A program made the translations under genes and the position numbers. From the IMG/VR virus record IMGVR_UViG_3300027690_000008, positions 1 through 38,174 of that record: a stretch of 38,174 nt of DNA; one strand, given 5' to 3'. How positions within the stretch are numbered: the first letter of the stretch is position 1; each line of letters starts with the position of its first letter. Positions 6,624 to 15,292 of the stretch are shown here, one piece after another. Below the pieces are notes generated by a model. It was not told the origin of the DNA, ran no database searches, and saw only the letters and a program-made list of their open reading frames with translations. The stretch comes from a virus (lineage: Duplodnaviria > Caudoviricetes).

Positions 6624-7574
6624 TTCTGATTTAATGCGGGAGTATGTCCTGCCGGATAATACATTCTTTACCTGCCTAAGATTTTTTGCAGAAATTTCCT
6701 CGGCAATTATGTCCGATGTTTTTCCAAGAGCTGCACCTAAACGTATTATACGGACCTGTCTGGCAGTGAGGCGACCACTATGTCCACATATCACGCGTTC
6801 AACGAAATCTACATCTGACGCCCAACGCGCAGCGCAGAGTGGGTTAGGCCGACCCTCAACTGATTCCCTATCTGATAATTTTTCTAAAAGCCGATCTCGA
6901 TCTTCAGAAGTTCTTGGTTGAAGGCCAAGACTGGCAAGGTAGGCAAAACCTGCTCGCCCGCCGGGAATCATATTGAGGCCCAGTGGGTAAAGACTGACCA
7001 TCCCAACCCATTCTTCCTCAAACTCAAGCGCTGCTTCATGGTCAAGCTCGCAAATGAAAACTTTATGCAGAACCTGGACTGATAGATGCTGCCTTAGTGC
7101 CTGATGGAAAAGAAGATTTGATCCAGATTTCGCTGACGAAACATGCTGCGAATATCGATCAAACCAACGCTGTTTTGTCATTCCGACATATCCTAGTGGC
7201 GTTTCTGTCTGAAATGAATGCAAGTAGACCAAATATTTTTTTGATATCTTTGTGTATCCTTTAAATATCGGATTCAATGGGAGGTCGATCTGGGCTCTAT
7301 TATGCGCAATCGATGAGCAAGTCAAAATGAGGTGCCCATTTAAATTAACCAAATCATCAGGTGTACACACTCTCACTTCAGGTGGTGTAGCCAAGGCATC
7401 GACTTCAATCCAAAAGTCTAAAGATCTGTATACCCTATTTCCAGCCGGTAATAGTTTTGCTCCTGGACCTTTTGAAAATATTCCATCTAGATGTCTTGCG
7501 AGTGAATAGGGATTAATTGCCCATGATGGTACTAATTCATTTACATTATGGACATTGATGTTATGGAATTTCAT
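6618..7574 (-). CDS. GIY-YIG-family nuclease with C-terminal HTH-like segment (gene cassette)
   Basis: LVYLH...GYVGMTKQR..R..QH...E...E...GLN pattern; C-terminal LTARQVRIIR...VLSGRTY. Confidence 0.75.
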   Translation of the reverse strand: MKFHNINVHNVNELVPSWAINPYSLARHLDGIFSKGPGAKLLPAGNRVYRSLDFWIEVDALATPPEVRVCTPDDLVNLNGHLILTCSSIAHNRAQIDLPLNPIFKGYTKISKKYLVYLHSFQTETPLGYVGMTKQRWFDRYSQHVSSAKSGSNLLFHQALRQHLSVQVLHKVFICELDHEAALEFEEEWVGMVSLYPLGLNMIPGGRAGFAYLASLGLQPRTSEDRDRLLEKLSDRESVEGRPNPLCAARWASDVDFVERVICGHSGRLTARQVRIIRLGAALGKTSDIIAEEISAKNLRQVKNVLSGRTYSRIKSES

Positions 7575-7584
7575 CTCTTATCGT

Positions 7585-7645
7585 AGCTAATGAAAAGATG
7601 CGGGACAGCATACTCCTCATTGTCCCCACCAGCGACAGCTTAAGT
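7585..7645 (-). other. attC-like site with AAG/ATT core
   Basis: R'' ACTTAAG, L'' GCTGGTGG, central GGACA..TGTCC stem, R' ATTAGCT; R'' complements the TTAAGT at the start of the same cassette. Confidence 0.65.
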
Positions 7646-7649
7646 TTTG

Positions 7650-8315
7650 TTATATAGATACCCTTGCCATAAATTCGTTTACGGCATTGGAAAATAATAC
7701 TACTTGCTCTTTAGTATATTCATCATATTTTCCGTGGGCAGCCTTATTCCTGAGATCTAACCATGCAGTAACGTTTTTTTCATCCAGCTTATTGTAAACA
7801 TTTGATTTTGCAAGTTCGGCATTAATCAGTGATGCTTTTTTAGGGATTAGCTTCCCGTTTTTTTCAATGTGAGTGTCAATGTTGTATTTAAGGCATAGGT
7901 TCCTCAGATGTTTCTCCAAAACGCTACCAATCATTACCGCTGCTGGGTCTTTATAGCCTTCAGTCAATAAGTGCTCCGCCATTTCGAGAAAATCATAAAA
8001 AATCTCAGCAGACAATAAACCTCTTGTGGTATTGAACCAGCCGCCATTCAATTCCATTTTCGCGGCATTAAGGATTCCTACAGCCTGCTCAACGTCTTCA
8101 GGATGCTCAATTTTCACTTGTTCATTAAACTCGCTAAAATAAGGATGATATTCACCGAAAAGATTCTTCAGGAGAGACAAACATGCTGCCCTAAGTCCAC
8201 GGAATTTACCAGTATCAACATAAGACCCCCACTCCAGCTTTCTTGTGGTGCTCAGAACTTCAATTGATTGTTGTAATAATTCATCGATTCTTCTAAGGAA
8301 ATCCTCTATTTTCAT
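7650..8315 (-). CDS. HEPN-domain (DUF4145-like) protein (gene cassette)
   Basis: PAAVMIGSVLE...LRNKAAHG (RxxxxH) motif. Confidence 0.8.
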   Translation of the reverse strand: MKIEDFLRRIDELLQQSIEVLSTTRKLEWGSYVDTGKFRGLRAACLSLLKNLFGEYHPYFSEFNEQVKIEHPEDVEQAVGILNAAKMELNGGWFNTTRGLLSAEIFYDFLEMAEHLLTEGYKDPAAVMIGSVLEKHLRNLCLKYNIDTHIEKNGKLIPKKASLINAELAKSNVYNKLDEKNVTAWLDLRNKAAHGKYDEYTKEQVVLFSNAVNEFMARVSI

Positions 8316-8340
8316 AATCGAACATCCTTATTTCGTAGAA

Positions 8341-8398
8341 ACTTAACGCCAAATTTTGCGGCGCGGTCCTTTGCGTCCTCGCCAGTTCTTTGTTGGAG
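8341..8398 (-). other. attC-like site, canonical AAC/GTT core, degenerate L boxes
   Basis: R'' CTCCAAC ... GGCGAGGACGCAAAGGACCGCGCC ... R' GTTAAGT. Confidence 0.65.
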
Positions 8399-8406
8399 AT
8401 CTTGGA

Positions 8407-9924
8407 TCATAGCTGAAGATCTTTTACGTATTCCATGACTTTATCAAGTAAATATTTCATAATATGTCCTGGGGTAAGTGTATTTTGCGGTTTGCGGGTG
8501 CCTGCATCTGCCTCTAAATATTTGCCAGTTGAGCGCCATGTTAATTCAACACAGAAAACACTTCCATCTTCAAATGGCAGTTGGATATCAGGACAAAGTT
8601 GGCTTCCGGGTAAGTTTTTCTTTTCACTTATCACCTGAACCTCTTTGCCATTTCGATTAATATAATCTTCAATCGCTATACCAAGAGCTTTATTTAATGA
8701 TTTATCTCCTTTGGCGGCCAACTGCTGAATTGCAATGTACTCTCTGGCCATTTCATCGGAAGTTTCACGGACCCGGATTGTTAGTGGTGATTCAGGATTG
8801 ATAAATGCTTGACCAATACGAACCCTGCTCACCGCATCTGCGCAATTGTCAGCAGACTCACTCCGTTTTTTTAGATTGGTCTTTACATTATCATCCCCAT
8901 AGCAGCGGATTGCAGCTAATGCAGTGTTTGGAGGCAACTCGAAAAGTCTTACATCAAGTATTCGCATCAAATAGGCCATATCAGCCCTTCGTGCACGCCA
9001 GTCATTAAGGTATGCTGATTCATTCTTATCGTTATCAAGAAACTCCGCGATTTTATCAATATCAATTCTGTTGCGTGTGCCTTGTGTCAAATTACTGATA
9101 GTTCTATCTAGCTCTTTTAAATCATCGCCAGCTACAACAACCCAAACCCGCGGTCTAATGCGCGTTTTTAATAAGCGGAAAGTAGATGCATTCCTTTCTG
9201 AAGATAGAGAATTAAGGCGTGAATAAAATTCACCAATGGTTTCGCTATTTCTTGCACAATCCTTAGCGAGACCATAACCGATACCAAAAGATTCTAAATT
9301 TTCACCAGCATTTAGAGCTCTTGTTGTAAGATCGGCAACGTTAACATATGATTCTTTCGGCAGCCCTTGAAACTTAAATACCTGTGATCGAGTACCAAGG
9401 AGGCTGTCACGCCCTATATGCCACGCTATTCCAGCAATATGTTCAGCAGCTTTTGGATCAGTTATTGGCCACACAACCAATACTTTGCCCTTTTCTGTTC
9501 TGAAAAGACTACGTATCGATTCAAAACATATTTTGAGTTCCTCGTCCTTTTCATTCGGGTTATCACGATCATGAATTATATAAAGACGGTTCTCTTTTCT
9601 ATGTAAGGAATCACGCTCAATAAAAGTCGGAATATCAGTTATCAGTTTGTCTTTATTTATACGTACTACATCAATATTTTGGGAAAAATATCTTAAGCCA
9701 TGCAAAAATGTTGTCTTGCCAGAGCCAGAAACACCATGCAAAATTTGCAGCCTGCCTATTCCAGATGTATGGACTTCTCTTAAGATCGTTTCAATTTCTA
9801 TGCATGCTGAATCAACTGGTTGAATAATACCGGAGATATCACATCCCGTCCTCTGAGATTCAGACTCCAACTTTTCAAACCTTCCAGGAAGGTTAAGATC
9901 TTTTAAGAAATCACCATTCGACAT
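8407..9924 (-). CDS. P-loop ATPase with putative C-terminal PD-(D/E)xK-like domain (gene cassette)
   Basis: Walker A GVSGSGKTT; Walker-B-like LYIIHD; C-terminal PDIQL...CVELTWR. Confidence 0.75.
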   Translation of the reverse strand: MSNGDFLKDLNLPGRFEKLESESQRTGCDISGIIQPVDSACIEIETILREVHTSGIGRLQILHGVSGSGKTTFLHGLRYFSQNIDVVRINKDKLITDIPTFIERDSLHRKENRLYIIHDRDNPNEKDEELKICFESIRSLFRTEKGKVLVVWPITDPKAAEHIAGIAWHIGRDSLLGTRSQVFKFQGLPKESYVNVADLTTRALNAGENLESFGIGYGLAKDCARNSETIGEFYSRLNSLSSERNASTFRLLKTRIRPRVWVVVAGDDLKELDRTISNLTQGTRNRIDIDKIAEFLDNDKNESAYLNDWRARRADMAYLMRILDVRLFELPPNTALAAIRCYGDDNVKTNLKKRSESADNCADAVSRVRIGQAFINPESPLTIRVRETSDEMAREYIAIQQLAAKGDKSLNKALGIAIEDYINRNGKEVQVISEKKNLPGSQLCPDIQLPFEDGSVFCVELTWRSTGKYLEADAGTRKPQNTLTPGHIMKYLLDKVMEYVKDLQL

Positions 9925-9943
9925 TTTTAGTTCCCCTTGGGAT

Positions 9944-10005
9944 TTCTACCGCCGCTTTTCAGCGGGCGCGGCTTTTTGCGACCTGCTGCAAAAGCTTGGT
10001 TACGC
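9944..10005 (-). other. attC-like site with AAC/GGT core
   Basis: R'' GCGTAAC, 5 nt, L'' TTTTGCAG ... L' CTGAAAA, 5 nt, R' GGTAGAA; extrahelical G. Confidence 0.75.
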
Positions 10006-10015
10006 AAATTTTTGG

Positions 10016-10954
10016 TTAGCATATGGGAATACGTTTTAATAACCTTTTAAGGCAATTTTCCTTTTCATTTTCATCTTTAATTTTGCAAAATTCATTAAAT
10101 ACCAGTTCCGCTCTGGTCTGATCGCAGATGGGGAAAAGTTGTTTGAGAAAAATATTACGATCACCATCATTACTTGGTATACTTTTCAAGGCAGAGACTA
10201 ATACATCCCTGACAATTTGTTCAAAATCAGCGATATTCTTTAAAGCTTCTCTGTGGTTAGGGCCTATTTTGCTACCATGCACAATAGTTGAACGAACACC
10301 GTAAAAATTTCTAAGCATACGCTTTTGGGCTTCGAATTCAATACCATTTATCAATTTAACAGCACGCTCGCGTAGCCGCCTCCCGACGAAATCCGACTCA
10401 GGTACCAAGGTAGCTTCCAACGCTGTCATGTAATCAACGATACGATCAAGTTGATCATGGGCCGGATTATGCTCCTTTCCACCTCCGTACATGAAAAAAC
10501 GTCGAGCTACTTTGAACCAATCTGAGGACCAATTTTCTTGAGACGCGATCTCCGAAGCAAATGCATTGAAACTGGAACACTCTTCAGTATTGATTTCATA
10601 TCTCAAAGTTGTGGTTGTGGATACCATTACGGGATAGGGTAACTGGCAGGAAAGCTTGCCATCAGCGTCTTCGACACACGGCTGAACAAAAAATAAATCG
10701 CCTGTCTTGTAAAGCCTTAATAGTAGTAATGTGTCTTCGACATCCGAAGAAATCTCATTCCAATCCGCTGAGTTATCATATTCTCTTTTGTAAATCCAAT
10801 CACCATAGAAAACCCATGCTTTCGAAAATAGACGTTGAGCCTTTTTCAAAGCGCCAGTGTCACCACGGCTGATTTCGGTTAGTCGAAAGTTATTGAAAAT
10901 AAGCTCGTCAGAATTTGAATTGAGCTTTTTTACGAGAGCAAAGCTATTACGCAT
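10016..10954 (-). CDS. ApeA-like HEPN domain protein
   Basis: IVDYMTALEATL...FYGVRSTIVHG (RxxxxH). Confidence 0.75.
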   Translation of the reverse strand: MRNSFALVKKLNSNSDELIFNNFRLTEISRGDTGALKKAQRLFSKAWVFYGDWIYKREYDNSADWNEISSDVEDTLLLLRLYKTGDLFFVQPCVEDADGKLSCQLPYPVMVSTTTTLRYEINTEECSSFNAFASEIASQENWSSDWFKVARRFFMYGGGKEHNPAHDQLDRIVDYMTALEATLVPESDFVGRRLRERAVKLINGIEFEAQKRMLRNFYGVRSTIVHGSKIGPNHREALKNIADFEQIVRDVLVSALKSIPSNDGDRNIFLKQLFPICDQTRAELVFNEFCKIKDENEKENCLKRLLKRIPIC

Positions 10955-11017
10955 TTTATATTCTCACTCACGAATCATCCTTTGTATATTAAGCCGGAAA
11001 TTAAACAGGCCAAATTC

Positions 11018-11080
11018 CGTCATCCCGGACTTGATCCGGGATCCAGTATTTATACTGGTTTCCGGCTTCCCCGGAAAAAC
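11018..11080. repeat. REP-like extragenic palindrome pair
   Basis: CGTCATCCCGGACTTGATCCGGGATCCAGT ... ACTGGTTTCCGGCTTCCCCGGAA. Confidence 0.65.
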
Positions 11081-11130
11081 AAGACATGGTAAGAATTATT
11101 GCCAAGTAAATAATATAAATATTATCCGGC

Positions 11131-11192
11131 TGACCGCCAATTTTCGTAATTATGAGTATTTCGCGGAAATCCGCCCAATTCCCGAATTAATG
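11131..11192. promoter_or_regulatory. Candidate prophage end with two transposase-binding-like repeats
   Basis: TGA-CCGCCAATTTTCGTAATTATG (11134-11154) and CCGCCCAATTCCCGAATTAATG (11171-11192). Confidence 0.5.
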
Positions 11193-11326
11193 TTCAAATT
11201 TTATGAAACAAGTTTTCAGAAGGCCATTTTAAACTGAATCAGATCGTCAACTAATTGTGAATTCCGGAAGACATCTTTAACTTTCAGCCTTTTCTTATTT
11301 TTTTGTACCCTCTGATCCGTTTCAAG

Positions 11327-12082
11327 CTATCGAACGATCAGCAGTTCTTGAGCTTTAACGCATTTCTGTTGGGCTGAGCTGTACGACAGGTTGACCGTTC
11401 TGATGTTGAATATTTTAAACACTTGTCGCATTTCCGGATGATCGTTGATGCTGAGGATAAAATGCGACTTCAGGCTGGATAGAGCTTCAGCCAGTTCTTG
11501 AAAATCGGCCAGCTCAAAATTGTGCTGGTAATATGGCGCCTTATAGTATGGCGGGTCAAGGAAAAACAACGTGCCCGGCTTATCGTAGGTTTCTAAAAAG
11601 CGCTGCCAGGGCAGATGCTCGATGGTCACGCCGGCCAGTCTCAAATGGACCTCGGAAAGCTCCTCCTCGATGCGCAGCAGGTTGATCCGCGGCCGGCTCA
11701 TCGGCGAGGCCCCATAGGTCCTTCCCCGCACCCTGCCGGCAAAGCAGAGCCGCTGCAGGTAATAGTAGCGGGCCGCCCGTTGAATGTCGGTTAGGCCACC
11801 GGCCGCCTGCTGGCGTTTCCAATCCTCGAACCACTCCCGTGAGGCGAGCAGCCATTTAAACTGTTTTAAAAACTCCTCCAAGTGGTTTTGAAGCACCCGA
11901 TAAAAGCAGATCAGGTCGCTGTCCAGGTCGTTGATGACTTCGTATTTGGATGGCTCTTTGCGAAAAAATACCCAAGCCGCCCCTGCGAACACCTCGCAGT
12001 AGGCTTTGTGCTCGGGCATCATTTCGATGATGGTTTGGGCCAGTTTGGATTTGCCGCCGATGTAGGCTAAAGGGCTGTTCAT
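11327..12082 (-). CDS. DNA adenine methyltransferase (Dam/D12 class)
   Basis: SPLAYIGGKS, EVFAGAA (motif I), DPPY (motif IV); ATG at 12082 after AAGGAG. Confidence 0.95.
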   Translation of the reverse strand: MNSPLAYIGGKSKLAQTIIEMMPEHKAYCEVFAGAAWVFFRKEPSKYEVINDLDSDLICFYRVLQNHLEEFLKQFKWLLASREWFEDWKRQQAAGGLTDIQRAARYYYLQRLCFAGRVRGRTYGASPMSRPRINLLRIEEELSEVHLRLAGVTIEHLPWQRFLETYDKPGTLFFLDPPYYKAPYYQHNFELADFQELAEALSSLKSHFILSINDHPEMRQVFKIFNIRTVNLSYSSAQQKCVKAQELLIVR

Positions 12083-12367
12083 TGGGCGCTCCTTGAGTAT
12101 ATCCAATTGAGTGTGATATGAGCCCCTTGCTCGGTCCGAGCGGGGGGTCGTCCATTTTTGGATGGGGGGCTGGTGTGAACAGCTCTTCGCCCCCTGGGAA
12201 GTGGCAACTCCCCAGGGGGTGGCCTCCTTAATTATTCACATCTGTTTTTGCCTCCCTATTTTTTGATTCCCATGTCGGTTGACCGCAGGGTTGGTCCGTT
12301 GACACCGGGCATTGTTGTGATTTCAGGTTTGATGGCCGATGCTAAAAATGCTTGACGGACTGGGGTG

Positions 12368-13228
12368 TCATGGCGTGCCTCCCTGGCGCACCGAATCGAT
12401 TTTGGCGGTGATGGCCGACTCCGCGGAATCGTCCACCGCTTTATAGGCCAGCACCTGATCAATATGCCCGTCATGGGGCTGCTGACCATCTCCCGTATCA
12501 TAGCGATCGTAGCCCACCGAAAACGGTTGATAATTGAGAAACAGACCCTGGGTCCAGATCCAGGATTGATTATAGACAATGGCATTGGTGTCATCCCAGA
12601 CCCGCAGCCCGGCCTTGCCCAGGACGGTGGAATGCCAAAAGCCGATATGGTACCAGACATCAACGACCGGATTAAATTGGGTGAACTGCTCGCTCAGGTT
12701 TACGCTGTCGTCTGCGGCCCTGACCCAGATCATAAAACGGTCCGTGCCCTGGTCGTACATCACGTTGAAGCCGCGGCCTCCTGTGACCGGCCGGTATTTG
12801 GTAACAAACATCCGGGTGGTGGACTTATCGTCGATTTTGACCCAGAAGCAGATCAAGAAATCCTGTGATCCGCCGGTGTTTTTGCCCGGCGCGCCGGCCG
12901 GGTAATTGGCGTCGGCAACATACATGTGCTGGATGGCGGCTGCGTTCAGGTCAAGGGATTGATTGCCTTGCTTGTAGTCGGTGGCATCCACCCCGCAGGC
13001 GTTGGCATCGGTCATCAGGGCGGATCCCGACACCTCGTCCCAGGTGATGCCCTGGGTGCTGTCCATTTTTAGATGCAGCACCAGATTGGAGGTCCAGTCA
13101 AAACCCGTGCCGCCGCCGTGGCCGCGCACAAAATCCGCAATGGCTCGCGGGGACAGCCCCAGGCCGGCCAGAGCGGCAATCCCTCCGATTCGATATGCCC
13201 GTTTTAAAAACTGCCGCCGAGTCATCAT
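12368..13228 (-). CDS. Tat-signal LamG/concanavalin A-like domain protein
   Basis: MMTRRQFLK twin-arginine signal ending in AIA; FLICFWVK...WYHIGF...HDGHIDQVLAY LamG pattern. Confidence 0.8.
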   Translation of the reverse strand: MMTRRQFLKRAYRIGGIAALAGLGLSPRAIADFVRGHGGGTGFDWTSNLVLHLKMDSTQGITWDEVSGSALMTDANACGVDATDYKQGNQSLDLNAAAIQHMYVADANYPAGAPGKNTGGSQDFLICFWVKIDDKSTTRMFVTKYRPVTGGRGFNVMYDQGTDRFMIWVRAADDSVNLSEQFTQFNPVVDVWYHIGFWHSTVLGKAGLRVWDDTNAIVYNQSWIWTQGLFLNYQPFSVGYDRYDTGDGQQPHDGHIDQVLAYKAVDDSAESAITAKIDSVRQGGTP

Positions 13229-13944
13229 TGTGTACCTGCCAGGGTGAAAGAAACCGCCGTTACCGTTCCGCTCGGTGCGCCCAGCAGCGCGCGCATCCAC
13301 GCGCCGGAGGCAACGGCCGTATCGCTGATGGTGCCGGCGTCGTTGCCTCCATCGGCCGTCACCGCCGCGGCGAGCACGCTAGCGCAGTTGGCCCCGGCCG
13401 AATCACACTCTTGCAGGTCGACCGTGATCGAAGGACTCGTGCCTTCTGCGATGCAGTTGAAGCTGGCAAGGGTCAGGTCGGCCGGCGCCCGGAACCAGAA
13501 AAAATCATCTGCGTCCGCAGGATCGCTGATCGTGCGTTCCTTGATAAATGGATACGCCATGGCACCGCCGTGGGTCTCGACGGCCAGCTTCGCCTGGGCC
13601 GGTGAGATTAGGCGAGGTGCGGTCTCTGTACCGGCGATGATCTCGGCATCGCTGGCCGCGGCGACTGCGTCCTGTTTGGCGTCCAGGGCCGATTGCGCCG
13701 GGTCGGAGACCGGCATGTCTCGCAGCCTGAGCTTTTTGGTGGTGCCCGTTGGCGCCATGGTGGTGTCTGACACGTCGGTAACGATCGTCACGTCGTCGCC
13801 GGCCGGATCGGTGGCCAGGTAGTAGTCGCTGATCTTGGCCCCGGCCTGCTCGGCCCGGCGCAATTGTTCGTAGTCCGGTCCCCGGAAACTCGCGCAACCG
13901 GTAAGCAGCAGGGCGATGACGGCGATAATGGTGGTGGGTCGCAT
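13225..13944 (-). CDS. Lipoprotein with tail-fibre-like motifs
   Basis: MRPTTIIAVIALLLTG-C lipobox; ASDAEIIAGTETAPRLISPAQ fibre-like motif; start reassigned to 13944. Confidence 0.75.
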   Translation of the reverse strand: MRPTTIIAVIALLLTGCASFRGPDYEQLRRAEQAGAKISDYYLATDPAGDDVTIVTDVSDTTMAPTGTTKKLRLRDMPVSDPAQSALDAKQDAVAAASDAEIIAGTETAPRLISPAQAKLAVETHGGAMAYPFIKERTISDPADADDFFWFRAPADLTLASFNCIAEGTSPSITVDLQECDSAGANCASVLAAAVTADGGNDAGTISDTAVASGAWMRALLGAPSGTVTAVSFTLAGTQ

Positions 13945-13952
13945 GGCAGCTC

Positions 13953-14372
13953 CTACATCAAAAGAAAATAGATTTGATCCTGGGCCGGATCGGGCGCCCA
14001 GATCCGTTTGCTTTGGCGTTCGACCAGGCGCACTCCGGAGCGAGTGACTATGATATTCTGCCAGTGATCCATTTCGACCCCGGCAAAGCGCGTGCCGCAC
14101 ACGATGCCCAGCGGCCAGTTGAGGCGCGGTTTCGATCGGCCGGCCAGGTAGTCATCGGCGTGCAGACGGCGCTGGGCGGCGACGAGATCGAGCGATTGCT
14201 CCTCGCACTCGTACAGATGCGGGACAAAGGGCAGGTCCGGCTCGGTGACCAAAAACGCGGCTACGTCGGCGGTCTCAGGCGCCCACCACTCGGGATCGGA
14301 CAGTACTGCAAATTTAAGATCCGGCCAGATGGCGGCGAGCTGGGCACGGATGGTGTCGCTGGATACGATCAT
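13953..14372 (-). CDS. Putative papain/transglutaminase-like (MOA agglutinin C-terminal-like) protein
   Basis: YECEEQS ... LGIVCG ... DHWQNIIV ... LVERQ resembles the DCDDF/H/E triad pattern; start reassigned to 14372. Confidence 0.55.
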   Translation of the reverse strand: MIVSSDTIRAQLAAIWPDLKFAVLSDPEWWAPETADVAAFLVTEPDLPFVPHLYECEEQSLDLVAAQRRLHADDYLAGRSKPRLNWPLGIVCGTRFAGVEMDHWQNIIVTRSGVRLVERQSKRIWAPDPAQDQIYFLLM

Positions 14373-14374
14373 GG

Positions 14375-14992
14375 CTATGCCTCCTCGAGGGAGATGATCT
14401 GCGCCAGGGTGGTGACCGGCGCCGCGGCGTCGCAATTTGCGGCAAAATCCCAGCGCACGGCCTCGGGATCGGAAGATCCCAGGATCTCGGCCTTCCTGGC
14501 GTAGTAGTATGGCAGCACCACGCCCTTGATCCAGTCGAAGATCTGCTTGCAGGCGGCGCGCTGGGCCGCGCTGCCATCCGGGTCGCTGTACATGGCCTGA
14601 AGGGTGATCTGGGTGGGCTGGGGATAGCCGTGCATGACGAATATATAATGGTGCATGTCGGACTCGAGCCGGCGGCAGATGGCCTCGCGGTCGACCACCC
14701 ATGCCTGGGTGCTTTCGTCCCACACGGAATATGGGGTCGGCGGCGTGGATTCGGCGATTTGCGCCTCGATGCGCTGCTGCTCCGCCCGGTAGACGGACAG
14801 GTAGGGGCCGGACAGGGCCGCCAGGGCAGAACCCGTGACCTTCGCGTTGGGCTTGCCGTCGTTGTATTCTATCTCGGCGAACGCATCGTAGATCTGGATG
14901 GCGTGGACGTTTTCCGGAGCGCCCACGGCGACGTGCAAAAAAACGCCGTCCAGGCCGATGACGCCGTCGGCGGGTAGGATCGTCATTCGCAT
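14375..14992 (-). CDS. Tail fibre-associated / assembly-like protein
   Basis: VHAIQ...AEIEYNDG N-terminus; PPTPYSVWDESTQAW motif; position after the fibre gene. Confidence 0.6.
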   Translation of the reverse strand: MRMTILPADGVIGLDGVFLHVAVGAPENVHAIQIYDAFAEIEYNDGKPNAKVTGSALAALSGPYLSVYRAEQQRIEAQIAESTPPTPYSVWDESTQAWVVDREAICRRLESDMHHYIFVMHGYPQPTQITLQAMYSDPDGSAAQRAACKQIFDWIKGVVLPYYYARKAEILGSSDPEAVRWDFAANCDAAAPVTTLAQIISLEEA

Positions 14993-15276
14993 ATCAACTT
15001 CCTCCTGTTTTCGATGACCTGCACCAGCAGGTCCAGGCCGCTTTTATGGTCCGCCATTTCATTGCGGAAACTTTCCACCGCGGCGCCGGTCTGCCGCTCG
15101 ACCTGGGCGTTTTCCACCAGCAGGATTGGAAGCCAGGCGACGGCACACCCCCATTCGTCTTTCTCCATGTTGGTTTGGGGATCTTTGCCAAGGATGTGAA
15201 CAAACCAGGCGCAATCCAACTCCTTGCAAGGCGCAAACCCATTTAGCGGGCAGTTGTTTTTCGGTTTCAATTCCAT
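14983..15276 (-). CDS. Cys-rich phage protein next to the tail fibre gene
   Basis: CPL...CKELDCAWF...WGCAVAWLP...GAAVESFRNEM. Confidence 0.7.
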   Translation of the reverse strand: MELKPKNNCPLNGFAPCKELDCAWFVHILGKDPQTNMEKDEWGCAVAWLPILLVENAQVERQTGAAVESFRNEMADHKSGLDLLVQVIENRRKLICE

Positions 15277-15292
15277 ACGGGTTCCCTTTCTC

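Noticed and set aside
10955-11130. attI / start of the first cassette
   Set aside because: No GTTRRRY complementary to its R'' (GCGTAAC) could be found upstream of the ApeA-like gene
10857-11237. Plus-strand 126-aa ORF
   Set aside because: Spans a gene start, a REP and the predicted prophage end; likely spurious
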